A stretch of 64,000 nucleotides of DNA from Gemmatimonadota bacterium (GCA_039588295.1 JBDHAB010000010.1:57914-121913), one strand, 5' to 3'; counted from the first letter of the stretch, positions 29,682-39,887 are shown. The notes: generated by a model not told the origin, from the letters alone. A program made the numbers and translations.

Positions 29682-30205
29682 CGTCACAGAAGTTCAACGT
29701 GTGGTTCGGCACGATGGTCTTCACGGCGGCGATGTTGACCGGGTCGACCGCGTTGCACGCCCAGGCGCAGAACGCCGTGGGAATTCCGGTCGGCAGTACG
29801 CCGCCGGCAGTCGAAATCGAGGACTTGGACGGCAACACCGTGTCGTTGGATCGCTGGAGCGGACGGCGACCGGTTCTTCTCGAGTTCTGGGCGACCTGGT
29901 GTCCGGTGTGTGCCAAGCTGCAACCGGAAATCGACGCCGCGCACGAGCGGTTCGGCGATCAGGTAGAGTTTGTCGTCGTGGGGGTTGCAGTGAATCAGAC
30001 CAAGCGATCCGTCAGACGACATCTCGAGCGGCATTCCCTGACCTTTACCGTCTTGTGGGACACGAAAGGGCGGGCCACGCGGGCGTTCAAGGCACCGACC
30101 ACATCGTATGTCGTGATTCTGGATGCGGACGGCACGGTGGCATACACTGGCGTGGGCGCCGATCAAGATCTCCAAGGGGCGCTTGCGCGCATGCTCGACG
30201 AGTAG
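29678..30205 (+). CDS. TlpA/ResA-family exported thioredoxin
   Basis: GTG overlaps the ccdA stop (GTGA); signal peptide; FWATWCPVC. Confidence 0.9.
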   Translation: MTSQKFNVWFGTMVFTAAMLTGSTALHAQAQNAVGIPVGSTPPAVEIEDLDGNTVSLDRWSGRRPVLLEFWATWCPVCAKLQPEIDAAHERFGDQVEFVVVGVAVNQTKRSVRRHLERHSLTFTVLWDTKGRATRAFKAPTTSYVVILDADGTVAYTGVGADQDLQGALARMLDE

Positions 30206-30214
30206 CCTAGCGGC

Positions 30215-30811
30215 TCACCCCTCTGGAGCCTCCTCCTGTGGCGCGACTCGGTCGATAGCGTCCTCCAGTTCGTCATACGCTGTTGGATCGATCTCCCGAA
30301 ACGGCGCGGCGACGTAGGCGATACGACCCTCCGGCGTCACCACGAACAAGGTACGGTTGTCGAGCGGGCCGCTGGGCCGATCGACGAACGCACCGAACTT
30401 CTGACCAACAACCGCCCCAACGTCACTCCCCAACAGGAACGGAAACTCGTCGTCCCGTGCCCACGAGGCGAGCGCCTCCGGGCCATCGGTGCTGATGGCG
30501 ATGAGGACCACGTCTCGCCCGTTGCGGAACAGCTTCGCGTACTGATCACGGTACGCGTGCAGTTGGATCGTTCAGCCACCGCTCCGTGCGCGGAAGAAGA
30601 AGGCCAGCACGACTGTCTTCCCCCGAAAATCACTCAACGTGATCGGATCACGCAGTACGCCGTAGCGAGTGGCGCCCGGAATCTCGAAGTCGGGTGCCGG
30701 AGCACCTACCGCGAGCGGGATGGACACACGACGTTCCTGTCCGCCGGCGGTCGGTGCGGCCATCATCGCACCGATTCCGAGCACGACGAGGCTCATAGCT
30801 GTTCGGGTCAC
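30215..30811 (-). CDS. Exported AhpC/TSA (BCP-like) peroxiredoxin, probable selenoprotein (TGA at 30572-30574 read as Sec)
   Basis: ORFs 30572..30871 and 30215..30511 are in the same frame: APDF...LSDFRGKTVVLAFFFRARSGG-[TGA]-TIQLHAYRDQY...ISTD...RTLFVV; AGGAG RBS before GTG 30811. Confidence 0.85.
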
Positions 30812-30905
30812 ACGGCACTCCTGTGAAGAGACACGACTCCTGTGGGATGCGCAGTATAGCGGTCGGATCATGAGCGGCGCCAGCTGCCGCGGGCCCCGCC
30901 AGGCA

Positions 30906-32471
30906 CTACTTCAACAACTCGCGAATCTCACGCCGTGCCGCCAGCTCCGCATCGATCTGCTCCCCGATCTCGCGCGCCCGCTCCAGGTCGGTCGTGAGAT
31001 CCTCCATGGTAGCAACACCTGCCTGCACACGGAGCAGGCCCAGGCGTACGTTCTCGAGTGCCGCCACGGCGGTCTGGAGCCTCTCACCCGTCTCGCCTCG
31101 CCGCCTCAACAACTCGGCGTCCTGTTCGAGCCGGCGTATCACCTTCGGCACGTCAGTGAGGCGCTGCCGCATTTCGCCGGGAAGCGCCTCGTACACGTCG
31201 ACGGCGGCCCGGCCCAACACCAGTTCCGTCGCGTCCGTAGAGGGCAGGGCGCGCCGCTTCGGGGGGCGAACGCCGAACCCCGCCACCCGGAAGAACGTTC
31301 GGCCGAACCAGCCGGCCCACAAGCGATTCCACAGGCCGTTGACGCGTCGCATGAACTTCCCCGACCCCACCGCTTCCGCCTCTTCCTCGAGCGATTCCGC
31401 TTCGGCAAGCAATGCCGCGCGAATGTCGTCGAACGAGTAGCCCACTCTCAGCATACGGCGCGCCACGGCAATCAACTGAATGAGCAGCGCGAGCAGAATG
31501 AAGTTCATGAGTCCCGAGGCGCCCTCGGCCCGCTGCGACACCATTGCCGCCGTAATGAACACCGCCGTCGTCACCTCGGCGTTCCGCAGGAAGCTGCGTA
31601 TCAGGGGCGGCGCTCTGAGTTCCCGACCACGGAGCTGACCAATCGATTCCGCCAACGCCTCGCCGGTGGGGAACCGCGCGGACGGTTCCTTCTCGAGACA
31701 CCGACCGATCGCCTCGGAGAGTTTGGCTGGCACCTCCTTCCGCAGCGACACTACGGCCGGCGCCGGCTCCGCTACGTGCTTGGCCAGCAGCGCCGGCACA
31801 TTGGCCGCCTCAAACGGTCCGCGACCGGTCAGCGCGAAGAAGGCGGTGGCTCCCAGCGAGTACAGGTCGCTCCGGCCGTCCACCACGTCCCCGGACGCTT
31901 GCTCCGGGCTCATGTATCTCGCAGTCCCGACGACGTGTCCTCCCCTCGCCGGCTCAGCGGCTCGCTGCACCTGCGCGATCCCAAAATCAGTCACCAATGC
32001 ACGACCGGTCGCCTGGTCCAGCATGATGTTGTCCGGCTTAATGTCGCGGTGGACGACCTTCCGCTGGTGGGCGTACGACAGAGCCCACGCCACTTCCTGC
32101 AGCAGTCGCATCACCTCACGCGGTGACATTGGACCCGCACGGGCCACGCGCTCACGCAGCGTCTCGCCGTCGACGTAGCCCATCACGAAGAACACGAGAT
32201 CGCCGTGTTCCTCGACGGTGTGAATCGGAACGATGTTGGGATGGGAGAGCCCGGCGGCCGTCCGCGCCTCCCGCAGGAACCGCTCCCGACGCTCCGGCGC
32301 AGCGGCGAGCTCAGGGGGTAGCAGCTTCAGGGCCACCAGTCGATCGAGCGCCACGTCTCGTGCGAGGAGCACAACCCCCATGCCCCCTCGCCCCAATTCG
32401 CGCTCAATCGAGAATCGTCCCGCAACCGTCTGCTGCAGCGCCAGGAACTCGGGACTGACCGATGCCGTCAT
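30906..32471 (-). CDS. Ser/Thr protein kinase with C-terminal membrane/coiled region
   Basis: LGRGGMG, VALK, HRDIKPDN, DFG, GTARYMSPE; alternative start 32492. Confidence 0.94.
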   Translation of the reverse strand: MTASVSPEFLALQQTVAGRFSIERELGRGGMGVVLLARDVALDRLVALKLLPPELAAAPERRERFLREARTAAGLSHPNIVPIHTVEEHGDLVFFVMGYVDGETLRERVARAGPMSPREVMRLLQEVAWALSYAHQRKVVHRDIKPDNIMLDQATGRALVTDFGIAQVQRAAEPARGGHVVGTARYMSPEQASGDVVDGRSDLYSLGATAFFALTGRGPFEAANVPALLAKHVAEPAPAVVSLRKEVPAKLSEAIGRCLEKEPSARFPTGEALAESIGQLRGRELRAPPLIRSFLRNAEVTTAVFITAAMVSQRAEGASGLMNFILLALLIQLIAVARRMLRVGYSFDDIRAALLAEAESLEEEAEAVGSGKFMRRVNGLWNRLWAGWFGRTFFRVAGFGVRPPKRRALPSTDATELVLGRAAVDVYEALPGEMRQRLTDVPKVIRRLEQDAELLRRRGETGERLQTAVAALENVRLGLLRVQAGVATMEDLTTDLERAREIGEQIDAELAARREIRELLK

Positions 32472-32481
32472 TCGCGACACC

Positions 32482-34050
32482 TCATTCACCATCTGGATGG
32501 TCCGGCTGCCGCCCTCGATCCAGCACTATGGCCTCGAGCCGCGCCATAAGATGGGAGAGTCGTTCGAACCGCCGCCGGATTTGTCGCTGGAACGCCCGAC
32601 GCACGGCAAGGAAACTCACCCCGAATACACTGAGGCTCGTGCCACCCGCAATGATCGCCGCGACGAGATCGGACGCTCCCGCGCCGTCCGCAATCGCCCC
32701 GGTGATTCCCAGCAGCACGAGTGAGCCGACGGACAGGGGAAGGAGCACGAAGGTCATTGACGTGCGCTCGTTGTCCGAGATTCGAATCCGCGTCTTGTCG
32801 CCGGCCGGACTGATGAACACCTGCGCGGCCCGTCCGGTTCCCTTGGACGCGGAACTCCAGACCAATGACGTCCCGAGTGTCTCGTTGAGTTGGCCCATCT
32901 CCCCCAACGATACGCGGATTTCCTCGAGCAGTGAGGCGTAGTCGACTGGGGTGACCTTGGCGTCCACGAACCGTTGGAGGTCGAGCTGCGGGGAGACGCC
33001 AAACACGCCGCCCGGAACCGGGCCCTCGTGCCCAACCTCCAACGCTTTGGCTGCGGCCGCAACTTCGTCGGGCGGGATGCCCGCTTCAGCGGCCGCCCGC
33101 TGGATGCCGGCTAGAGACATCGCCTCATCTTCATCAGTGAGCTTGCTCCCATCGGACTCCGCCGCGCGCGCGAGGATCGCACGCGCCTGGGTGGAGCCAA
33201 ATCGCTCCCCCCCCTGGAGACCTCGTGCCATGGCGCTGGCAAAGTCCCCGGGGCTGGCAAACCGGAGCTCCCGGCGCAGCGCTAGCGCCTTGACCAGCAC
33301 CTGCTCGAGTCCCCCAGGCAACCGGTCCAGCCGCTCACGATGCTGCGGCGGCACATCGGCAAACCGTCCCAGCTTGACGGCTTCGTCCGGCAGCCACATT
33401 CCGGGGGTCTCTCCGATGAGCATCTCGTACGCAACGCACGCGAGACTGAAGACGTCGGTCGTGGCGTCCAGCCCCGCACGCCCCGCCGCTTGCTCCGGGC
33501 TCATGTATCCTGGCGTCCCAATGGGAAACCCAGACTGTGTCAACTGGGCGCCGCCAGCGGACACGAGTGCCTTGGCAATACCGAAATCGGTGACCACGGC
33601 GTGGCCTTCGGAAAACAGGATGTTCTCCGGTTTGACGTCCCGATGAACCACACCTCGCCGGTGCGCGTAGTCGAGCGCGTCCGCGACCTCCTGCACGACC
33701 GGCAGCGTGTGGCGTGCGTCCATCACCTTCTCCCGGTTAAGGCGCCTGCGGAGCGACTCACCCTCGACAAAGGGCATCACAAAGAACAGAAAGCCCACCG
33801 CCTCTCCCGAATCGATCAGCGTCAGGATGTGTGGATGATTGAGTTGGGCGACGAGCTGGATCTCGTGAAGAAACCGCTCGCTCCCCACACTGGCGGCGAG
33901 TTCAGGATGCAACACCTTGACGGCCACGGACCGCCCGTGTTTCCCATCGTGCGCGAGGTAGACCGTCGCCATCCCGCCACGCCCCAGCACCCGCTCGAGC
34001 TCATACCGATCCGCGATCGCAGCCTTCAGAGCCTCGGAGAAATCCTCCAT
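32482..34050 (-). CDS. Ser/Thr protein kinase with C-terminal domain and two TMs
   Basis: LGRGGMATVY, HRDVKPEN, DFG, GTPGYMSPE. Confidence 0.94.
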   Translation of the reverse strand: MEDFSEALKAAIADRYELERVLGRGGMATVYLAHDGKHGRSVAVKVLHPELAASVGSERFLHEIQLVAQLNHPHILTLIDSGEAVGFLFFVMPFVEGESLRRRLNREKVMDARHTLPVVQEVADALDYAHRRGVVHRDVKPENILFSEGHAVVTDFGIAKALVSAGGAQLTQSGFPIGTPGYMSPEQAAGRAGLDATTDVFSLACVAYEMLIGETPGMWLPDEAVKLGRFADVPPQHRERLDRLPGGLEQVLVKALALRRELRFASPGDFASAMARGLQGGERFGSTQARAILARAAESDGSKLTDEDEAMSLAGIQRAAAEAGIPPDEVAAAAKALEVGHEGPVPGGVFGVSPQLDLQRFVDAKVTPVDYASLLEEIRVSLGEMGQLNETLGTSLVWSSASKGTGRAAQVFISPAGDKTRIRISDNERTSMTFVLLPLSVGSLVLLGITGAIADGAGASDLVAAIIAGGTSLSVFGVSFLAVRRAFQRQIRRRFERLSHLMARLEAIVLDRGRQPDHPDGE

Positions 34051-34175
34051 GGCTCGTAAGCTACCGGGGCACCGGCGAGACACACCAGATGTGTCCTCCG
34101 GCGCACCCCCATTTGGGCCCAGCCCCCACCCAGTCAGGCGGCTGGACTGCGAGTCCTAGCGCACGGGAGCCAAAA

Positions 34176-34192
34176 CCGATAAGATTTATCGG
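34176..34192. promoter_or_regulatory. Palindromic candidate operator CCGATAA-N3-TTATCGG
   Basis: Perfect 7-bp inverted repeat in an AT-rich patch between the divergent kinase and globin genes. Confidence 0.4.
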
Positions 34193-34216
34193 ATTAATCA
34201 GGCCCGATACCCAGCA

Positions 34217-34648
34217 ATGCCAAAGCCTCCCGTCCAGCCCCAAGTGTCGGCAGCAGCGATCGAAGCAGCGCAGGCGAGCTTCGCGCGCTGTAACGCCGAA
34301 CCGGAGTTCTACGAGAGTTTCTACCGGAACTTCTTCAGGAAGTGCCCGCGGGCGGAGCCAATGTTCGAGAACACCGACTTCCGCCGGCAGCACCGGTTAC
34401 TGCGGCATGCGATCGGGATGCTCCTCATCTTCCCAAATCAGACCGAGGCGGACCTTGGCTTGCTGATCCGAGTCGCGGAGCGGCACAGCCGACGCGACCT
34501 CGATGTGGATGCGTCCTTCTACCCCCTGTTCGTCGACGCCCTGGTCGATACTGTGCGAACGTATGACCCGTACTTCACTCGCGATATCGGCCACGCGTGG
34601 CGTGCCGTCCTGGCGCCCGGCGTTGAGTACATGATCTCCAGGTACTGA
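34217..34648 (+). CDS. Single-domain globin
   Basis: FYESFY (B10 Tyr region), PMF (CD1 Phe), RQ (E7), AERH (proximal F8 His), W in helix H. Confidence 0.85.
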   Translation: MPKPPVQPQVSAAAIEAAQASFARCNAEPEFYESFYRNFFRKCPRAEPMFENTDFRRQHRLLRHAIGMLLIFPNQTEADLGLLIRVAERHSRRDLDVDASFYPLFVDALVDTVRTYDPYFTRDIGHAWRAVLAPGVEYMISRY

Positions 34649-34695
34649 GGCGGCAACCACGATGTCGCTTCGCACCTTCCGGATTCGTCGGCCTC

Positions 34696-37140
34696 ATGGG
34701 CTCGTGTAGCCGCTGTGGAGTCGGCCTACCTGCGGACGCGCATTTCTGCATCCGATGCGGCGCGTTGGCGACCGTCCATCAGAGCGATGCCGAGACACAG
34801 CGCATCGCGGTAGAGACGACCTCCCAGGGCACCCTGCTCGACGCGCTACGCCGGGCAACGCTCGGGGAGTACGAGGTCCTGGGTGAAATCGGCCAAGGTG
34901 GGATGGCAGTGGTGTTCCTGGCACACGACATCGCCCTGGACCGCAAAGTCGCGATCAAGGTCATCTCGCCCGCCCTGCTGATGATGGATGCCGGGATTCA
35001 CGAGCGGTTCCTGCGGGAGGCTCGTACCTCGGCTTCCCTCAGCCACCCTCACATCATCCCGGTGTATGCGGTGAAGCGAGAGAGGGACCTCGTGTACTTC
35101 GTCATGAAGTATGTCGTGGGACGCAATCTCGAGTCGGTCATGCAGCAAGTCGGGTCGATGCCCATTGCCATTGTTCAGACGATCCTGAACCAGGTCGGTG
35201 GTGCGCTCGGGTATGCGCACCGGCGTGGGGTCATCCACCGCGACATCAAGCCGGCCAATCTCATGCTGGACGAGGACGGGTGGGCCGTGGTCACCGACTT
35301 TGGCATCGCGAAGGTCACCGAGGAGAAGGCGCTGACGATGACCGGCGGCACCGTCGGCACGCCGGCGTACATGAGCCCGGAGCAGTGCGCAGGCACGGAG
35401 ATTACCGGGGCGGCCGACCAGTACTCGTTGGGGGTGGTCTCCTACGAGATGATCTCCGGGCACAAGCCGTTTGCCGGAGAGTCGGCGATGACGCTCATGT
35501 ACGAGCATTGTCACGCCGAGCCCACGCCGATTCAGGAGTATCGGCGGGATTGCCCGTCGGAGATCGCGGATGCCATCATGCGAATGCTGGCGAAATCGCC
35601 GGCCGACCGGTGGCCCAGCGTCGAGGACGCGATCGCGGCCATCGGTGAGGCCAGCGACACCGGTCAGCGGACCAGCATTCGCACCAAGATGCTGGGGCTC
35701 GCTAAGGATCCGGAAGCCCAGGCACTGCTCCAGAAGTTCAGCACCCCGCGCACCCCAGTTCCGCGACGTAGTGCTCGCACGGACGACGATGACGCCACCG
35801 CTGGGGCCTCGTCGGCGGCGCCGTCGCGCACGCGCTTCTTCCTGTGGGGCATCCCCGTCGCGACCGCAGCGCTCGCGGCGACGGTGTTCGTGATTCAAGG
35901 AGGGAATTCGGACGAGCCGGTCTCCCGACCGGAGGCTCTGGCCGCGGTAGCGAGCGACACCGGCTCAATGCCCGGCGGGGTTGCCAGCCTCGAGATTCTC
36001 CCGTACCCGGAGTCGCTGGCCGTCGGCGAGGCGTTTCAGCTCCAGACCGTCGGCAGGGACGCCAGCGGCAATACGCTCGAGGATCTCGGCATCGTCTGGG
36101 AGTCCGGCAATCCCGCCGTTGCGACGGTCTCTCCCCAGGGCGTGGTGACCGCATCGGGTGCGGGGCTCGCGGAGCTCACGGCACGCTACGACACGCAGTC
36201 CGTCACCGTCACGTTACGAGCGGTTGCAGCCCCAATCGCACCCACTCCACCCACTGCCGCGCCCGCACGAAGCCGGCCGCCGCCCGTCGCAACACTCGAG
36301 CTCCCCCGCGGCACCCGGGAGGCACTGGTCGGAGATCGGTTTCAGCTGCGGGTGGTCGTGCGGGATCCGTCTGGCAGGGAGCTCGCCGGCCGGCCGATCA
36401 GGTGGTCCTCCGACCGACCTGCGGTCGCAACCGTGGACCAGGGAGGATCCGTCACCGCCCTCAGGGAAGGTTTGGTCACGATCACCGCCTCCAGCGAGGG
36501 TCGGTCGGCAGCCGCCGTCGTCTCCGTGGCACCGCTTCAGGCCGCGTCTCTCTCGCTGTCACCGGATAATCGGACCATCACGGTGGGCGAGACACTCCAA
36601 CTGTCCGCGACACCGCAGGACGATCGCGGCAACCCGATGACCGGACAGTCCGTGTCCTGGACGTCGAGCCATCCGAATGCGCTGCAAGTCTCTCCGACCG
36701 GTCTCGTGGCCGCGGTTGCCCCTGGGTCGGCCACGGTAACGGCCCAGACAGGGCGTGCCTCCGCGAGCGTGCGGGTTGTGGTCGCGGCGCCGGTTACCGC
36801 CCCCCCAACGGACCCGCCCGAGGATCCGCAACCGGCCATCGAGGCGGTCCTGGAGAGCTACCGCCGAGCGATCGAATCGCGCGATCTGTCTCAGCTCCGC
36901 CGCGCCTATCCTGGCATGACTGCGGAGCAGGAGCGCGCGTTCCGCAACTTCTTCGCGAACGTTTCACAACTCGTCGCTCGCCTCACCATCGTCGAGCTCC
37001 AAATCTCGGGTGATACAGCTCGGGCCCAGGTGGAGGCGACCTACGAGTTTCGGACGAGCAGGACAGAGACCCAGGACTTCGCATTTGTCGCAACGCTGGA
37101 GCGGGGGCGCACCGGCTGGCAACTCGTGGAAGTCCGCTGA
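34696..37140 (+). CDS. Ser/Thr kinase with N-terminal zinc ribbon, TM, three Ig-like (Big_2) domains and a C-terminal NTF2-like domain
   Basis: CSRC...FCIRCG; HRDIKPAN, DFG; three W.S..P...V...G.V.A repeats. Confidence 0.92.
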   Translation: MGSCSRCGVGLPADAHFCIRCGALATVHQSDAETQRIAVETTSQGTLLDALRRATLGEYEVLGEIGQGGMAVVFLAHDIALDRKVAIKVISPALLMMDAGIHERFLREARTSASLSHPHIIPVYAVKRERDLVYFVMKYVVGRNLESVMQQVGSMPIAIVQTILNQVGGALGYAHRRGVIHRDIKPANLMLDEDGWAVVTDFGIAKVTEEKALTMTGGTVGTPAYMSPEQCAGTEITGAADQYSLGVVSYEMISGHKPFAGESAMTLMYEHCHAEPTPIQEYRRDCPSEIADAIMRMLAKSPADRWPSVEDAIAAIGEASDTGQRTSIRTKMLGLAKDPEAQALLQKFSTPRTPVPRRSARTDDDDATAGASSAAPSRTRFFLWGIPVATAALAATVFVIQGGNSDEPVSRPEALAAVASDTGSMPGGVASLEILPYPESLAVGEAFQLQTVGRDASGNTLEDLGIVWESGNPAVATVSPQGVVTASGAGLAELTARYDTQSVTVTLRAVAAPIAPTPPTAAPARSRPPPVATLELPRGTREALVGDRFQLRVVVRDPSGRELAGRPIRWSSDRPAVATVDQGGSVTALREGLVTITASSEGRSAAAVVSVAPLQAASLSLSPDNRTITVGETLQLSATPQDDRGNPMTGQSVSWTSSHPNALQVSPTGLVAAVAPGSATVTAQTGRASASVRVVVAAPVTAPPTDPPEDPQPAIEAVLESYRRAIESRDLSQLRRAYPGMTAEQERAFRNFFANVSQLVARLTIVELQISGDTARAQVEATYEFRTSRTETQDFAFVATLERGRTGWQLVEVR

Positions 37141-37219
37141 GAAACGCACCACTCACTGATCGGAATGGACCGGCGGTCATCGTCGTCTGGACCGAAGCAC
37201 ACTCGATTCCGGAGGGGGT

Positions 37220-38557
37220 ATGAAGCGTTGTATCAGCGTGGCGGTGGTGGCGTTGGTGCTCGGCACCACACCGCTAGTCGGACAGGGGCTGCGCGACCAG
37301 ATCGGTCAGCTCTTCATCTTTGGATCGGGCGAGGAGGCACTGTTCCTCGCCGGAACAGCCGACCCGAGCAATCCCACCAACGTTCAGGTGCATGGTGACC
37401 ATTTCATTCCTTCAGCCGTCGAGAGCAACGGGACGCTCATCTCGTTCCTCACCACGGCGATCAGCGCGAGCGTGGCAAACCTGCCGATCAGTTCCACGAG
37501 CGGCGGTCGCACGTTCCGCTTCGAGGGAGGGGTCCCCGTCGCCACCACCACATCTCCTGGCCCGATCCTCGCCGAGCGGGCCAACACGCTGGGACGTGGC
37601 CGAGTCCTCGTCGGCGCGACCGTCAACGTGTTCAACTTCAAGACCGTCCGAGGCGTGGGCCTGGATGACCTGACCCTTACGTTCACGCACGAGAACACGG
37701 ACTTCCCGAACTGCGACGTCATATTCAGCGGCGACTGTTCGCTCTACGGCATTCCGAGCTTCGAGAATGACCTCATACAACTCGATCTCTCGCTCGATCT
37801 GCGCGTCGTATCCGCACTGTTCGCCGTGACGTACGGACTCCTGGACTGGGTCGATATCAGCGTCGCGCTCCCAGTCGTCACAACTTCGCTGAGGGGGACG
37901 AGTACCGCGCAGGTAATCCCGTTCGGGGGACCCGACGTCAACCACTTCTTCGAAGGTTCGCTCGCGAATCCGGGTCTTTCCTCCACCCGTTTCGTGGACG
38001 GGTCGGCGACGGGTCTCGGCGACGTCGCGGCGCGTATCAAGATCGCCCTGGGCCAGTCCGAGCGTGCCGCGTTCGCCATCCTGGGCGACGCCCGATTCGC
38101 TACGGGCAGCGAGGAGGACCTCCTCGGCTCCGGCAACACGTCGATCCGGGGACTCGGAATCCTCTCCGCCCGATTCGACGCGTTCTCTCCCCATGTGAAC
38201 GTGGGCTACGCCTACCGTACTGGCGAACTCGAGAACGACGCGGTCCTGGCAACGGTTGGATTCGACCATCTCCTGGCCCCGTGGGTGGCACTTGCGGTCG
38301 ACATCGTATCGGAGCTGCAAGTCGGGGCGAACGAGTTGATCGTTCCGCAGCCGGTTTCGATCGAAGAGCCCTTCGACCGCTCCATTGCTCCGTCCAACAT
38401 TCCAAGTCGTCGGGACGACATCGTGAATGCCTCGTTGGGATTCAAGTTCGCGACGCCATCGGGCCTCACGATCGTGACCAACACGCTGTGGCCGCTCAAC
38501 CGCGGTGGCCTGCGTCCCACGGCCGCGTGGACCGCCGGACTCGAGTTCAACTTCTGA
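37220..38557 (+). CDS. Putative outer-membrane beta-barrel/transporter
   Basis: Signal peptide, AERANTLGRG, GLGDV, C-terminal GLEFNF beta-signal. Confidence 0.7.
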   Translation: MKRCISVAVVALVLGTTPLVGQGLRDQIGQLFIFGSGEEALFLAGTADPSNPTNVQVHGDHFIPSAVESNGTLISFLTTAISASVANLPISSTSGGRTFRFEGGVPVATTTSPGPILAERANTLGRGRVLVGATVNVFNFKTVRGVGLDDLTLTFTHENTDFPNCDVIFSGDCSLYGIPSFENDLIQLDLSLDLRVVSALFAVTYGLLDWVDISVALPVVTTSLRGTSTAQVIPFGGPDVNHFFEGSLANPGLSSTRFVDGSATGLGDVAARIKIALGQSERAAFAILGDARFATGSEEDLLGSGNTSIRGLGILSARFDAFSPHVNVGYAYRTGELENDAVLATVGFDHLLAPWVALAVDIVSELQVGANELIVPQPVSIEEPFDRSIAPSNIPSRRDDIVNASLGFKFATPSGLTIVTNTLWPLNRGGLRPTAAWTAGLEFNF

Positions 38558-38562
38558 GCGCC

Positions 38563-38599
38563 AAAAAGCGCCGCCCGACCTCGCACGTCGGGCGGCGCT
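38563..38599 (-). terminator. Intrinsic terminator
   Basis: 13-bp perfect stem AGCGCCGCCCGAC/GTCGGGCGGCGCT followed by a U5 tract on the minus strand, between convergent genes. Confidence 0.8.
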
Positions 38600-38654
38600 C
38601 CAGCAAGCGGTGAACCGGCCCGTTTCCACGAGCAGCAACGCGAGCTTGGCAACA

Positions 38655-39887
38655 CTAGTTCGGAGAGTGCACTCCTTGGTCACCGTAATCGCGATCGCGA
38701 CCGATACTCGGTCCGGATGGCACGAGATTCTCGTTGTCGATGGTGGCGATGACCTGCCTGATCGAACCGGGGAACGGCGTCACGCTTCCGTTCATGCCGT
38801 ACACATCCGTGTACCACACGCGAGGACCTTCGGAGTTGCTGACCCGAATGGAATTGATATCCATGTCCCGCCTTGCGCCGTTGAACGCTGAACGTGGGTC
38901 GTCAAAGGTCAGCCCCGTGATGGTGCCCTCAGCCGTCGACTCGTCGCAGAGTCCACCATCCGCGCGCTCGCCATTAGGCGTGACCTCGTAGCACAGGTCG
39001 ATCGGCCGCCCGACGAGGTCCGGACTGGCGGGATCATGGTAGCGCGACGGGTTGAAGATGTTGAAGTACGGACCAATGCTCGCCAGCCGATGACCGTCTG
39101 CGGTCCGCAGGCTCTGCGACAGTTGCCAACTCTCTCGCAAGCCGGATCCGAAGCTGGACCGCTCTCCCTCGGGCACGAGAATGTGGCGCTCCACGCACGT
39201 CCGATCGGGAATCCGCCGTCGCCCGCCCCCATCCGGACCGTCGAGGTCCGGTGCCACCACGACAGTGGCGCCATCACAGGATCGTTCGAACTCCCCAGCG
39301 TGCCCGATCACGGTCAGAATCCGCATGTGAAGCTCCGTGCCGTCGGAGCACTTCGCATGGTATTGGAGCTCGTGCTGTGGATTCACGAACGCGCCGCCGC
39401 CGCCGGATCCCTGGTGGAGTTCGGCGAGCACGTCACACTTCACGTCAAACAACACGCTCCCGACGTCACCAAAGCCGAGCGACATGGCAACGTCGTTCTC
39501 CCACTCGATCTTATAGCCCACGTGGGGAGCGAACAGGTCAGCAACCTCGTTCACGTAGCCGAACGGGATCGCGCCGACCTCGCCCCGGAGATCGGATCCC
39601 CGAGGGTCACGGCCGTGCTCGTGCCCAAACGAGCACCCGGTTTCCGGGTCCACCGGAGGATGCCACGTCGGATACAGCTTGCCGTCCGGCCCGACGACGG
39701 CGAACTGATCGTGCACTTCTGGAGTGCACGTGTCGAACGCCCCGGCGGTCCAGATCCCAAACGCTCGACTGGGACCTTGTGGAGCGTCGCTCGGACCCAC
39801 CGCTGCCGAGTCGCACCCGGTGGTGAGCCCGCAGAGAGACAGAACGACGAATGAGCGTCGCAAAAGCTTCCGTAACAGTGCAACCAT
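38655..39887 (-). CDS. Hypothetical His/Cys-rich lipoprotein
   Basis: Lipobox LTTGC; YPTWHPP, GHEHG, HVGYK, HQGS, HELQYH; GGGAGG RBS. Confidence 0.78.
   Translation of the reverse strand: MVALLRKLLRRSFVVLSLCGLTTGCDSAAVGPSDAPQGPSRAFGIWTAGAFDTCTPEVHDQFAVVGPDGKLYPTWHPPVDPETGCSFGHEHGRDPRGSDLRGEVGAIPFGYVNEVADLFAPHVGYKIEWENDVAMSLGFGDVGSVLFDVKCDVLAELHQGSGGGGAFVNPQHELQYHAKCSDGTELHMRILTVIGHAGEFERSCDGATVVVAPDLDGPDGGGRRRIPDRTCVERHILVPEGERSSFGSGLRESWQLSQSLRTADGHRLASIGPYFNIFNPSRYHDPASPDLVGRPIDLCYEVTPNGERADGGLCDESTAEGTITGLTFDDPRSAFNGARRDMDINSIRVSNSEGPRVWYTDVYGMNGSVTPFPGSIRQVIATIDNENLVPSGPSIGRDRDYGDQGVHSPN

Noticed and set aside
30215..30871. Two separate small genes (98 aa and 99 aa)
   Set aside because: Same frame and two halves of one thioredoxin-fold protein, separated only by TGA at the catalytic residue
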